Shown: positions 9,980 to 19,193, numbered from the stretch's first letter. The stretch: 64,000 bases of DNA from Clostridia bacterium (GCA_017482495.1 JAFUMU010000083.1:3342-67341); one strand, 5' to 3'. Made by a program: numbers and translations. Notes: a model not told the origin generated them from the sequence alone.

Positions 9980-10890
9980 TAGTGTGCTCCTCCTATTATA
10001 TCAGATAGTTTATTAATACCGTATTTTTCACAGGCCTCGGGCAGAGCCTCGATAATATCCTTACAAGCATAAGGATTAACAAGGTTCTCAGCACCTACCT
10101 GAACTGCGCTGGCGCCTGCAAGCATAAGCTCGATCACGTCATCTGCGCTTCTTACTCCGCCCATACCGATTATGGGAATATTGACCGCCTCGTATACCTG
10201 ATAGATCATTCTGCAGGCAACGGGGAAAATAGCGGGTCCGGAGAATCCTCCCATCTTGTTTGCAATAACGGGCTTCTTTGTCTTAAGGTTGATTCTCATT
10301 CCGAGAAGAGTATTTATCATAGAGATACCGTCGGCGCCCTCTGCCTCAACTGCGCGAGCGATCTCGGTAATATCTGTAACGTTGGGTGTAAGCTTGATAT
10401 AAACAGGCTTATTTGTAACGCTTCTGACAGTCTTTGCAACAGAAGCAGCAGCAGCCGCGTTAGTACCGAAGCTGATACCGCCGCCGTGAACGTTGGGACA
10501 GCTGATATTTACCTCGATAATACCAACCTGATCAACTGCGTCCATCTTCTCTGCGCAAAGCTTATATTCGTCAAGTGAAAATCCGCTTATATTTGCTATA
10601 AGAGGCTTCTTATAGAATTTTGCAAGGTGGGGAAGCTCCTCGTTTACCACCTTTTCAACACCGGGATTCTGCAGACCTACGGAATTGATAAGTCCCTCTG
10701 TGCATTCAGCTATACGGGGAGTGGGGTTACCGAAGCGGGGCTCGGCTGTGGTTCCCTTGAAGGAGATGGAGCCGAGGATGTTTATATCGTAGTAATCTGC
10801 AAATTCATAGCCAAAGCCGAAGGTTCCGCTGGCGGGAATTACAGGATTGTCAAGCTTGATGCCGGACAGTGTTGTTGAAATGTCTACCAT
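9979..10890 (-). CDS. pyrD: Dihydroorotate dehydrogenase (class 1B) catalytic subunit
   Basis: Contains NPVIPASGTFGFG, NISCPN and GGV..DV.E...AGASAVQVG. Its stop overlaps the pyrF start (TAATG). Confidence 0.95.
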   Translation of the reverse strand: MVDISTTLSGIKLDNPVIPASGTFGFGYEFADYYDINILGSISFKGTTAEPRFGNPTPRIAECTEGLINSVGLQNPGVEKVVNEELPHLAKFYKKPLIANISGFSLDEYKLCAEKMDAVDQVGIIEVNISCPNVHGGGISFGTNAAAAASVAKTVRSVTNKPVYIKLTPNVTDITEIARAVEAEGADGISMINTLLGMRINLKTKKPVIANKMGGFSGPAIFPVACRMIYQVYEAVNIPIIGMGGVRSADDVIELMLAGASAVQVGAENLVNPYACKDIIEALPEACEKYGINKLSDIIGGAH

Positions 10891-11621
10891 ATGATCTCTC
10901 CCTTTCTGAGAACCGGACCTTCCTTGCAGATTCTCTTGTTACCGTATTTTGTCTTGCAGCTGCATCCCATGCAAGCGCCGAATCCGCATCCCATTCTTTC
11001 TTCGAAGGAAAGCTGGCCGTCAAGCTCGCTTGCGTTGTAGAGCGCCTTCAGCATAGGCTCGGGACCGCATGCGTAGTAGAAGGTGGGAGCTTCAACTGTC
11101 TCAAGAGCGTTGGTAACGAATCCCTTAACTCCGTAGCTTCCGTCGGCTGTTGCAACGATAACGTCTGCGCCGATAGCCTTGAAGTCGTCCTCGCAGAAGA
11201 TCTCCTCTTTTTTATTAAATCCAAGGATCGCCGTAACCTTCTTGCCCTCAGCAATAAGCTCCTTTGCAAGAAGGAACATGGGAGGAACACCAACGCCGCC
11301 GCCGATAACAACAGCGTGATCTCCGGAAAGGCTTGTGTCAAATCCGTTGCCGAGACCTGTAAGAACGTCAAGCTCGCCCTCTGTCATATTCATCATAGCC
11401 TCTGTGCCGCGACCGACCACCTTATAGATGACGGTAACAGTACCCGCTTCTCTGTCAACGTCGTGAACGGAGATGGGACGGCGAAGATAGAAGCCCTCGA
11501 GAGCGATATTGATAAACTGACCGGGAGCAGTTATATGAGATACGTCGCCAGAGAGCACCATTTTATAAACCATAGGTGCAATGCACTTATTTTCAATTAT
11601 CTTATAAATGCCTTTATTCAT
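10884..11621 (-). CDS. pyrK: Dihydroorotate dehydrogenase electron-transfer subunit
   Basis: FAD/NAD-binding fold (RRPISV, GGGVGVPP) and a C-terminal 2Fe-2S Cys cluster (CGFGACMGCSC). Overlaps pyrD by 7 nt. Confidence 0.9.
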   Translation of the reverse strand: MNKGIYKIIENKCIAPMVYKMVLSGDVSHITAPGQFINIALEGFYLRRPISVHDVDREAGTVTVIYKVVGRGTEAMMNMTEGELDVLTGLGNGFDTSLSGDHAVVIGGGVGVPPMFLLAKELIAEGKKVTAILGFNKKEEIFCEDDFKAIGADVIVATADGSYGVKGFVTNALETVEAPTFYYACGPEPMLKALYNASELDGQLSFEERMGCGFGACMGCSCKTKYGNKRICKEGPVLRKGEIIW

Positions 11622-11635
11622 CTCTATATCCTTTC

Positions 11636-12904
11636 TTATGCCTTATATGCTACGTTACCGTCGCAAACAGTAAGGAGGCATTTACCGTATACCTTATCTC
11701 CCGCAAAGGGAGTTGCGCGGCCCATCGTTGCAAAGTCGTCGGGGCAAACAGTATATTCACAGCTTACGTCAAAAACTGTAAGGTTTGCAACCTGTCCCTT
11801 CTCAATGCCATGCTCTCTTCCGAGTCCGAAGCGGCGGCAGGGATTTTCGTACATTATTTCAACCAGCTTCTCAAGAGTGATAACGCCTGTCTTTACAAGG
11901 TGAGTATACATTTCTGCGAAGGCTGTTTCAAGACCCACAACGCCCATAAGGCTCTTTTCAAGGCCTCTTCCTTTTTCCTCGGCGGAATGGGGAGCGTGGT
12001 CAGTTGCAAGCATGTCGATGGTGCCATCCTTGATTCCTTCAACAAGGGCTTCCATATCGCTTCTTGCGCGAAGGGGAGGATTCATCTTGAATCTTGCATC
12101 CTCCATGAGATCCTCATCGCAAAGGATGAGATAGTGAGGTCCTGTTTCGCAGGTGATATCAACGCCCTCGGCCTTAGCCTGTCTGATTATGTCAACGCTT
12201 TCCTTTGTGGATATATGGCATACGTGGTAGGGGCATCCTGTTTTCTTAACAAGCTCGATATCTCTTGCTATCTGCACCCATTCGCTCTCAGAGCATATGC
12301 CCTTGTGACCGTGTGCTGCGGCATACTGACCGTCATGGATATATCCGCCGCGAAGAAGCTCGTTTACCTCGCAATGGGCAACGATCATCTTGCCTAGCGA
12401 CTTTGCCTTGTACATAGCCGCCTCCATCATAGAGTCTGCCTGAACTCCGCGTCCGTCGTCGCTGAATGCAACTGCCTCGGGCATAGCCTCCATATCGGAA
12501 AGCTCCTCGCCCATCTGCCCCTTTGTGATGGTGGCATAAGGATGAACTCTTACTACAGCATCGCGCTCGATGATGTCAAGCTGTATCTTCAGATTTTCCG
12601 CAGAGTCGGGTGCGGGCTTAAGGTTGGGCATTGAGCAAACATCTGTATATCCGCCTCTTGCCGCCGCCGCAGTACCGCTTGCGATGGTCTCTTTGTATGA
12701 AAAACCCGGCTCTCGCAAATGTACATGTACATCGGCAAAGCCGGGGAAAATAAAGCTACCGTTCAAATCGAAAATAATAGCATCATCGGGGACAAAACCG
12801 TCACTGAAAGTGTCGGAAATAATACCGTTGTCAATAACAAGAGTGCCGTATTCAAAGCCGTTTTTAGTATAGATATTTGCGTTTTTGAGTACTGCGTTCA
12901 GCAT
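11636..12904 (-). CDS. pyrC: Dihydroorotase
   Basis: Track ORF trimmed to ATG at 12902-12904, which lies 5 nt after GGAGG. Contains DVHVHLREPG and ATDHAPH metal-binding motifs. Confidence 0.9.
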   Translation of the reverse strand: MLNAVLKNANIYTKNGFEYGTLVIDNGIISDTFSDGFVPDDAIIFDLNGSFIFPGFADVHVHLREPGFSYKETIASGTAAAARGGYTDVCSMPNLKPAPDSAENLKIQLDIIERDAVVRVHPYATITKGQMGEELSDMEAMPEAVAFSDDGRGVQADSMMEAAMYKAKSLGKMIVAHCEVNELLRGGYIHDGQYAAAHGHKGICSESEWVQIARDIELVKKTGCPYHVCHISTKESVDIIRQAKAEGVDITCETGPHYLILCDEDLMEDARFKMNPPLRARSDMEALVEGIKDGTIDMLATDHAPHSAEEKGRGLEKSLMGVVGLETAFAEMYTHLVKTGVITLEKLVEIMYENPCRRFGLGREHGIEKGQVANLTVFDVSCEYTVCPDDFATMGRATPFAGDKVYGKCLLTVCDGNVAYKA

Positions 12905-12932
12905 ACTGTCCTCCATTATATTCATTTTTATA

Positions 12933-12961
12933 AGTATACCATATTCCGCAAAATGTGTCAA
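12933..12961 (-). promoter_or_regulatory. Sigma-A type promoter of the pyr cluster
   Basis: Minus strand: TTGACA, 17 bp spacer, TATACT. Confidence 0.6.
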
Positions 12962-13099
12962 GCAGAATTAATACCCTTTACTTCTGTTTTAGTGTACAAA
13001 AGATACCGCAATTACTCATCGGTTTTCGCCGATTTACAGTACAACCTTCCGCTTTCTTACTAAAAAATCGCATTCAGCCGACCGACCTGTTAAAAAGAC

Positions 13100-13135
13100 T
13101 TGTTTTAAACTCACATTTGTGATATAATATTATAT
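13100..13135 (+). promoter_or_regulatory. Promoter with overlapping 14-bp AT palindrome (possible operator)
   Basis: TTGTTT, 17 bp spacer, TATAAT with an upstream TGTG. The perfect palindrome ATATAATATTATAT (13122-13135) covers the -10 box. Confidence 0.45.
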
Positions 13136-13161
13136 TATCGAAAAAAAGAGGTAGATAAAAA

Positions 13162-14304
13162 ATGACTAAGATAGATATTTTCTCAGGCTTTCTCGGAGCA
13201 GGCAAGACCACTCTTATAAAGAAGCTTATTTCCGAAGCATACAAGGGCGAAAAGCTTGTTCTTATTGAAAACGAATTTGGTGAGATCGGCGTTGACGCAG
13301 GATTTCTTACCGACGCAGGTATCAACATCACAGAAATGAACTCAGGATGTATATGCTGCTCTCTTGTGGGAGACTTCAGTCAGGCACTTAAAAAGGTCAT
13401 AGCAGAATATGCTCCCGACAGGATCCTCATCGAACCCTCCGGAGTCGGCAAGCTTTCCGACGTTATGGCGGCTGTTAAGGGTAGCGCAGAGGGTGCGGAG
13501 CTTTCTGCGGCGGTAACAGTTGTTGACGCTAAAAAATGCAGAATGTATATGAAGAATTTCGGTGAATTTTTCAACAATCAGGTTGAAAATGCAACCACCA
13601 TCGTCCTCAGCCATACCAAGGGACTTTCAGAGGATAAGCTGAACCGTGCAATAGAAATGATCAGAGAGCACAATGCAAAGGCAAGCCTTGTTACAACTGA
13701 GTGGGACGAAATAAGCGGCGCTGATATTCTATCTGTTATTGACGGCACAGATTCCCTTGAAGCAGAGCTTCACAAGCTGGAGGAGGAGGCTGTTTGTCCC
13801 GAATGCGGTCACCATCACGGCCCTCATCATCACCACGATGAAAGCTGCGACTGTCACGAGCATCATCACGACCATCACCATCACGATGAGGGCTGCGACT
13901 GTCATGAGCATCATCACGACCATCACCACCACGATGAGGGCTGCGACTGTCATGAGCATGAACATCATCACCATCATCATGACGAAGAATGCTCCTGCGG
14001 ATGCGGCGGTCACGGTCACCATCATCACCATGCAGACGAGGTGTTCTCAAGCTGGGGAATGGACGGCACACGCAAGTATACAAAAGAAGAGATCGAAAAA
14101 GCTCTTCACGAGATAGAAAACGAAGAAAAATACGGTATGGTTCTCAGAGCTAAGGGGATAGTTCCCTCCGACGGCTGCTTTATCCACTTCGACTATACCC
14201 CCGGCGAAGCAGATATAAGAGAGGGCAGTGCAGTTGCCGCAGGCAGACTTTGCGTTATCGGCTCAAATATCAAGGAAGATGCTCTGAGAGAGCTCTTTGC
14301 ATAA
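13162..14304 (+). CDS. COG0523 (CobW/HypB/UreG, G3E) GTPase metallochaperone with His/Cys-rich insert
   Basis: Walker A GFLGAGKTT, CxCC motif GCICCS and an EPSGVG switch. Carries a long HHHH/CDCHEHHH insert before the CobW C-terminal domain. Confidence 0.9.
   Translation: MTKIDIFSGFLGAGKTTLIKKLISEAYKGEKLVLIENEFGEIGVDAGFLTDAGINITEMNSGCICCSLVGDFSQALKKVIAEYAPDRILIEPSGVGKLSDVMAAVKGSAEGAELSAAVTVVDAKKCRMYMKNFGEFFNNQVENATTIVLSHTKGLSEDKLNRAIEMIREHNAKASLVTTEWDEISGADILSVIDGTDSLEAELHKLEEEAVCPECGHHHGPHHHHDESCDCHEHHHDHHHHDEGCDCHEHHHDHHHHDEGCDCHEHEHHHHHHDEECSCGCGGHGHHHHHADEVFSSWGMDGTRKYTKEEIEKALHEIENEEKYGMVLRAKGIVPSDGCFIHFDYTPGEADIREGSAVAAGRLCVIGSNIKEDALRELFA
13837..13980 (+). repeat. In-frame 48-bp tandem repeat (3 units) coding DE[SG]CDCHEH[HE]H[DH]HHHH
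   Basis: Three consecutive near-identical 48-nt units are visible in the DNA and the protein. A fourth, degenerate unit (DEECSCGCGGHGHHHHH) follows. Confidence 0.85.
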
Positions 14305-14316
14305 AGGAGAATATCA

Positions 14317-15237
14317 ATGCTTGATACACCTGTATACCTTGTTACCGGCTTTCTGGAAGCAGGTAAAACAAAGTTTATAAATGACACCATGGGTGACCCC
14401 AAATTCACCGACGCAGACAAGGTCCTTGTGATTGCTTGCGAAGAAGGCGAAGAGGAATTCGATGACTTTGCCGTTGAATATATTGATGACATAAGCGAGA
14501 TCTCCCCCGAAAATATGATCCGTCTTCAGAAGCGTCACGATGCAACAAAGATCATTGTTGAATATAACGGTATGTGGCAGATATCCGACCTTTACAGCAG
14601 AGCGCCGGAGCATTGGATAATCGGACAGAATATCCTCTTCTTCAATGCCGAGACATTCGATGGCTACAATAAGAACATGAGAAGCCTTGTGGTTGATAAG
14701 ATACAGAATGCAGATCTCATCATCTTCAATAGAGTTGACGATGCGGACTGCATGGAGCTTCACAAGGCCGTAAGAGGACTTTCACGAAGCGCCGATATCA
14801 TATATGAAAAATCCACAGGCGAAACTGCCTATGATGATATCGAAGATCCCCTGCCCTTTGACAAGGAAGCGGACGTTATCACCATTGAGGACAGAGACTA
14901 CGCCCTTTTCTACCGCGATCTCAGCGAGGATATGGCATCCTACGACGGAAAAACAGTCTCCTTCAAAGCTGTTGTTGCAAAGGACAGATCTCTTGGATGC
15001 GGTACGATGTTCGTAGGACGTCATATTATGGTCTGCTGTGCAGACGATATCCAGTACAGCCCGCTTGTTTGCAAATGGGGCAGAAGCGATGACTATGAAA
15101 GCTATGACTGGGTAAACGTTACGGCAAAGATCAAGATAGCACATCATAAGGCATATCAGACAGCAGGTCCTGTGCTGACAGCCATCAGCGTTACCAAAGC
15201 ATATCAGCCCACAGATCCCGTGGCAACATTTTATTGA
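14317..15237 (+). CDS. Divergent G3E-like GTPase domain fused to a DUF1980/TIGR03943-like C-terminal domain
   Basis: Good RBS (AAGGAGA). The N-terminus LVTGFLEAGKTKF fits GxxxxGKT, but I see no CxCC motif. The C-terminus FVGRHIMVCCADDIQYSPL...WVNVTAKI resembles the CCxAD motif region as I recall it. Confidence 0.6.
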   Translation: MLDTPVYLVTGFLEAGKTKFINDTMGDPKFTDADKVLVIACEEGEEEFDDFAVEYIDDISEISPENMIRLQKRHDATKIIVEYNGMWQISDLYSRAPEHWIIGQNILFFNAETFDGYNKNMRSLVVDKIQNADLIIFNRVDDADCMELHKAVRGLSRSADIIYEKSTGETAYDDIEDPLPFDKEADVITIEDRDYALFYRDLSEDMASYDGKTVSFKAVVAKDRSLGCGTMFVGRHIMVCCADDIQYSPLVCKWGRSDDYESYDWVNVTAKIKIAHHKAYQTAGPVLTAISVTKAYQPTDPVATFY

Positions 15238-15246
15238 TAAGCATAT

Positions 15247-15274
15247 AAAAACGGACGCCGCGGCGTCCGTTTTT
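15247..15274. terminator. Bidirectional intrinsic terminator
   Basis: AAAA-ACGGACGCCG/CGGCGTCCGT-TTTT perfect palindrome between convergent genes. Confidence 0.8.
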
Positions 15275-15291
15275 CGTATGTTTAATTCTGA

Positions 15292-15867
15292 TTACTTAAT
15301 GATCTCGCCGTAGCAGACACCGAACGCGCAAGCCGCGTTAGATTCGTCTGTGTCGATATGCATAGCAGCAGCGAAGTTGGGGTTAACACGAACTACAACA
15401 TCACCGAATACTGTGCTTCTTGTGTCGTTTTCAATCTTAACGCTGACTATCTGCTTATCCTCAACGCCGAAAGCCTCAGCATCAGCGGGAGTAAGGTGAA
15501 TGTGACGCTTAGCCACGATAACACCCTCTGTAAGCTCAACCTCACCGCAGGGACCAACCAGCTTGCAAGCGCCGCTTCCTGCAACGTCGCCGCTTTCGCG
15601 AACGGGAGCAGCTATACCGAGAGTGCGTGCGTCTGTGAGAGAAACCTCAACCTGGCTCGCAGGTCTTGCAGGTCCGAGAATAATAACGTTGGGAATAGAC
15701 TTCTTGGGTCCTACAACTGTAACTCTCTCCTCGCAGGCAAACTGACCGGGCTGGCTCAGATCCTTCTTGTGTGTAAGTGTTGCACCCTCGCCGAAAAGGA
15801 TAGCGATATGCTCTGCAGAAAGATGCACGTGACGTGCGCTTGTTTCAACTAAAACTTTATTTTCCAT
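15292..15867 (-). CDS. pduL: Phosphate propanoyl/acetyl-transferase PduL type
   Basis: Track ORF trimmed to the ATG after AGGAGGG. Shows the duplicated PduL signature SARHVHLS ... AKRHIHLTPADAE. Confidence 0.85.
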   Translation of the reverse strand: MENKVLVETSARHVHLSAEHIAILFGEGATLTHKKDLSQPGQFACEERVTVVGPKKSIPNVIILGPARPASQVEVSLTDARTLGIAAPVRESGDVAGSGACKLVGPCGEVELTEGVIVAKRHIHLTPADAEAFGVEDKQIVSVKIENDTRSTVFGDVVVRVNPNFAAAMHIDTDESNAACAFGVCYGEIIK

Positions 15868-16013
15868 GGGACTTGCCCTCCTAACATTAATTTCTATTTT
15901 GATTATAGCACTACACGCATTCAAAATCAACCGGATTAAGAAAAAATATGTATCTATCAGGAGCTCCTTTTGTTGAAAGTTTCCTCGCCAAAATGATTTT
16001 TTTTAAAAAACTG

Positions 16014-16042
16014 TTGTAAATAAAAGGATAATGTGCTATAAC
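16014..16042 (+). promoter_or_regulatory. Sigma-A type promoter upstream of pgk
   Basis: TTGTAA, 17 bp spacer, TATAAC, preceded by an A/T-rich tract. Confidence 0.5.
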
Positions 16043-16106
16043 TAATATGAAAGATTATGTCGGCGCTTTTGCGGCGGCAAGTTATATAAAAGAAAGGGTT
16101 TTTACA

Positions 16107-17303
16107 ATGAACTACAATAAGAAATCCGTTGAAGACATTGACGTTGCCGGCAAGAAAGTTCTCGTTCGTTGCGACTTTAACGTTCCTCTCAAGGACGGCG
16201 TTATCACAAACGATAAGAGAATCGTTGCAGCTCTCCCCACGATCAAGTACCTTATGGAAAAGGGCGCAAAGGTCATCCTTTGCTCTCACCTTGGCAGACC
16301 CAAGGGCGAATACAAGCCTGAATTCAGCCTTGCTCCCGTAGCTGCCCGTCTTTCCGAGTATCTCGGCAAAGAGGTTAAGCTTGCAGAGGATCCCGAAGTT
16401 GTTGGCGAAAACGCACGCGCTATGGCTGCAGCTCTCGAAAACGGCGATGTAATGCTTCTCGAGAACGTTCGCTACAGAAAGGAAGAAACAAAGAACGAAG
16501 AGAACTTCACAAAGGAGCTTGCTTCCCTTGCAGAAGTATTCGTTAACGACGCATTCGGTACAGCTCACAGAGCTCACTGCTCCACAACAGGCGTAGCTTC
16601 CTACCTCCCTGCTGTTTGCGGTTACCTCATCGAGAAGGAGATCAACTTCATGGGCGGCGCTCTTGCTAACCCCAAGAGACCTCTCGTTGCTATCCTCGGC
16701 GGTGCTAAGGTTTCCGATAAGATCGGCGTTATCACAAACCTCATCGACAAGTGTGACACACTTATTATCGGTGGCGGTATGGCATACACATTCATGAAGA
16801 GCCTTAACTACAACATCGGTACATCCCTCCTTGAAGAGGACCAGGTTGAAAATGCAGGTAAGATGATGAAGGACGCAGAGGCTAAGGGCGTTAAGTTCCT
16901 TATCCCCGTTGACAACAAGGTTGGTCTTGAGTTCGACGAGAACACAGAGAGCCAGATCGTTGAAAGCTGCAAGATCCCCGACGGTTGGATGGGTCTTGAT
17001 ATCGGTCCTAAGACACAGGAGCTCTTCGCTGACGCACTTAAGGGCGCAGGTACAGTTATCTGGAACGGACCTATGGGCGTTTCCGAGTGGGACAACTTTG
17101 CTTCCGGTACAATTTCCGTAGCAAAGGCTGTTGCTGAATCCGGCGCTATCTCCATCGTTGGCGGCGGCGACTCTGTTGCAGCAGTTACAAAGCTTGGCTA
17201 CAGCGACAAGATGAGCCACATCTCAACAGGCGGCGGCGCATCCCTCGAGTTCCTTGAAGGCAAGGAGCTTCCCGGTATAGCTGCTCTTATGGACAAGGAA
17301 TAA
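16107..17303 (+). CDS. pgk: Phosphoglycerate kinase
   Basis: Trimmed to [28 protein letters not shown]. Contains SHLGRPKG and GGGDS motifs. Confidence 0.95.
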   Translation: MNYNKKSVEDIDVAGKKVLVRCDFNVPLKDGVITNDKRIVAALPTIKYLMEKGAKVILCSHLGRPKGEYKPEFSLAPVAARLSEYLGKEVKLAEDPEVVGENARAMAAALENGDVMLLENVRYRKEETKNEENFTKELASLAEVFVNDAFGTAHRAHCSTTGVASYLPAVCGYLIEKEINFMGGALANPKRPLVAILGGAKVSDKIGVITNLIDKCDTLIIGGGMAYTFMKSLNYNIGTSLLEEDQVENAGKMMKDAEAKGVKFLIPVDNKVGLEFDENTESQIVESCKIPDGWMGLDIGPKTQELFADALKGAGTVIWNGPMGVSEWDNFASGTISVAKAVAESGAISIVGGGDSVAAVTKLGYSDKMSHISTGGGASLEFLEGKELPGIAALMDKE

Positions 17304-17327
17304 TTCCAAATTTGTCAATACACCTGA

Positions 17328-17352
17328 AAGCGGCGGGAGACCGCCGCTTTTC
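17328..17352 (+). terminator. Intrinsic terminator or attenuating hairpin after pgk
   Basis: AAAGCGGCGG-GAGA-CCGCCGCTTTTC. Confidence 0.6.
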
Positions 17353-17382
17353 TTAAAAATAATAATAAAGAGGTATACTGAA

Positions 17383-18150
17383 ATGAACAAGGCTACTCGT
17401 AAGGCTATTATTGCCGGCAACTGGAAAATGAACATGACTCCCTCCGAGGCAGCAGCTGCAGTTAAGAAGACAGCTGAGCTCGTAGCAGGTAAGGACGGCT
17501 GTGAGATCGTTCTCTGCGTTCCCTTCGTTGATATCGCAGCAGCAGTTGAGGCTGCTAAGGGTACTAACGTTAAGATCGGTGCTCAGAACGTTCACTTTGA
17601 GGCTAAGGGCGCTTTCACAGGCGAGATCTCCGCAGCTATGCTCGTAGAGTGCGGCGTTGAGTACGTTGTAATCGGTCACTCCGAGAGAAGACAGTACTTC
17701 GGCGAAACAGACGAAACAGTTAACAAGAGAACTAAGGCTGCTCTCGCTGCAGGTCTTAAGGTTCTTCTTTGCCTCGGTGAGGTTAAGGAGGAGAGACTCG
17801 CAGGTATCACAGATGAGGTTGTTTCTATCCAGACTAAGCTTGACCTTGCAGGCATCAGCGCTGAGGATATGAAGAACGTTATCATCGCATACGAACCCGT
17901 TTGGGCTATCGGTACAGGTCTTACAGCTACTCCCGAGCAGGCTGATGAAACTTGCGGCGTTATTCGTGCAACGATCGCAAAGCTTTATGGCACAGAGGTT
18001 GCAGAGGCTACAACTATCCAGTACGGCGGTTCTATGAACGATGCTAACGCAGCAGAGCTTCTCTCCAAGTATAACGTTGACGGCGGTCTTATCGGCGGCG
18101 CTTCTCTCGTTCCCGAAAAGTTCGACGCTATCGTTACTGCTGCTAACTAA
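17383..18150 (+). CDS. tpiA: Triosephosphate isomerase
   Basis: Contains AGNWKMN, IGHSERR and AYEPVWAIGTG motifs. Confidence 0.95.
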   Translation: MNKATRKAIIAGNWKMNMTPSEAAAAVKKTAELVAGKDGCEIVLCVPFVDIAAAVEAAKGTNVKIGAQNVHFEAKGAFTGEISAAMLVECGVEYVVIGHSERRQYFGETDETVNKRTKAALAAGLKVLLCLGEVKEERLAGITDEVVSIQTKLDLAGISAEDMKNVIIAYEPVWAIGTGLTATPEQADETCGVIRATIAKLYGTEVAEATTIQYGGSMNDANAAELLSKYNVDGGLIGGASLVPEKFDAIVTAAN

Positions 18151-18177
18151 GCTTTAGAATTTGATATGTGTTATTTT

Positions 18178-18676
18178 AAGGGGGGACCTCTCTTTCGGAG
18201 AGCGGTCCCCCTTTTTTTATATGGGGGAACCTCTCTTTCGCAGAGAGGCTTCCCCCAAGCCCCCTCCAGAGAACCTATAACAAGGGTAAATGTTATTAGG
18301 TGCGCTGTATTTCGCGCATTCCCGCCGAGAGCTTTTTCGGTGGAACCTCTCTTTCGCAGAGAGGCTTCCCCCGTACCCCCTCCAGAGAACTTTGAATAAA
18401 GGTGAACGTAATATGATGCGCTGAACGAACGCGTCTTCCCGCCCCAATGCTGTGCATTGGGGATAAGGAAAAGAAAAGGATATTGAAAAAGGAAGCTCGT
18501 TTCCTTTTTCAATATTCTTTTGCTTTTCCGGGCGACCTGCGGTCGCTTACGGGAAGACTAACCTAACTTACGGTGCTCAGAATCCCATTTAGCCTTAGAA
18601 CATCGTAACCACCAAAATAAGCGTTATCTTAAAAGGTTTGGGGGCGTGGGGGCCTTTCCTTAAAAGGCGCCCCACA
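18178..18676 (-). repeat. Intergenic modular repeat, inverted orientation, with duplicated R module
   Basis: Reverse complement of the 27045 and 37101 copies. On the + strand it reads three GGGGGA.CTCTCTTTCG.AGAGAG..CCCCC hairpins, two R modules, the core (GTCTTCCCG...CGGGAAGAC) and the L hairpin at 18645-18675. Confidence 0.85.
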
Positions 18677-18689
18677 TATCCTCTTCCCC

Positions 18690-19193
18690 TCACATATCGA
18701 TCACCAAGGTGTGGCCGTCGGAGAAGCTAAGCTCTATTTTAACGGGAGTACCGTCGGAATCGGTAATGACCTTGCCGGAGAGATCGGGGGATATGACGGT
18801 AGCCTCGGTGAGTCCGTTATCAGCGGCAACGATATCGGAGATCATATCCTCTGAAAGGGAGAATGCCGACTCGATCTTTTTAACGATGCCTGCGGTTTTT
18901 TCACCGAAGGGTATCTCAACATCGCCCATTTTCCCCTTGTATGTACCGCCACTTTTTTCAAGAATATAACCACCGATTATGGAAGGGGAGATGTATTCAA
19001 CGGAAACTGTTTCACGCACACCGTTTTCGTCGGGTGCACTGAGGGTAATTTTAGCTTCATTTTCATTTCCGTCGTACACGAGGACGCAATCGAAGCAAAA
19101 ATCACTGTTCTGATAGTCAAAAAAATTGGTATGTGTAACATCACATGACACCATAAATATAACACACAAAAGGCACAGCACGATCTTACGCAT
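18690..19193 (-). CDS. Lipoprotein, unknown function
   Basis: Trimmed to the ATG after GGGAGGAAAT. MRKIVLCLLCVIFMVSC gives a signal peptide plus lipobox. Confidence 0.6.
   Translation of the reverse strand: MRKIVLCLLCVIFMVSCDVTHTNFFDYQNSDFCFDCVLVYDGNENEAKITLSAPDENGVRETVSVEYISPSIIGGYILEKSGGTYKGKMGDVEIPFGEKTAGIVKKIESAFSLSEDMISDIVAADNGLTEATVISPDLSGKVITDSDGTPVKIELSFSDGHTLVIDM

Noticed and set aside
10869-11903. 344-aa ORF antisense to pyrK/pyrC
   Set aside because: It overlaps two well-supported pyr genes on the other strand. It has no motifs and spans the pyrK-pyrC gene boundary.
13729-14116. Several ORFs (100-125 aa) in other frames and strands across the His-rich repeat
   Set aside because: They are frame artefacts of the CAT/CAC-rich tandem repeat within the COG0523 gene.
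15957-17219. 420-aa ORF antisense to pgk
   Set aside because: It mirrors pgk exactly and has odd Cys/Val/Asn-rich composition and no RBS. The sense strand encodes a textbook phosphoglycerate kinase. Long antisense ORFs are frequent here because of codon bias.
18171-18512. 113-aa ORF inside the repeat element, and its counterpart at 37265-37624 (119 aa)
   Set aside because: Both start at a TTG inside the long hairpin and share only the first 16 residues before drifting into different frames. The 27045 copy lacks the start. The conservation is at the nucleotide and structure level, not the protein level.
18178-18676. Possibility that the recurring GGGGGA...TCCCCC hairpins form a CRISPR array
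   Set aside because: There is no fixed-length repeat/spacer periodicity. The hairpins differ in sequence, occur singly or in twos and threes at scattered loci, and there are no cas genes in the window.
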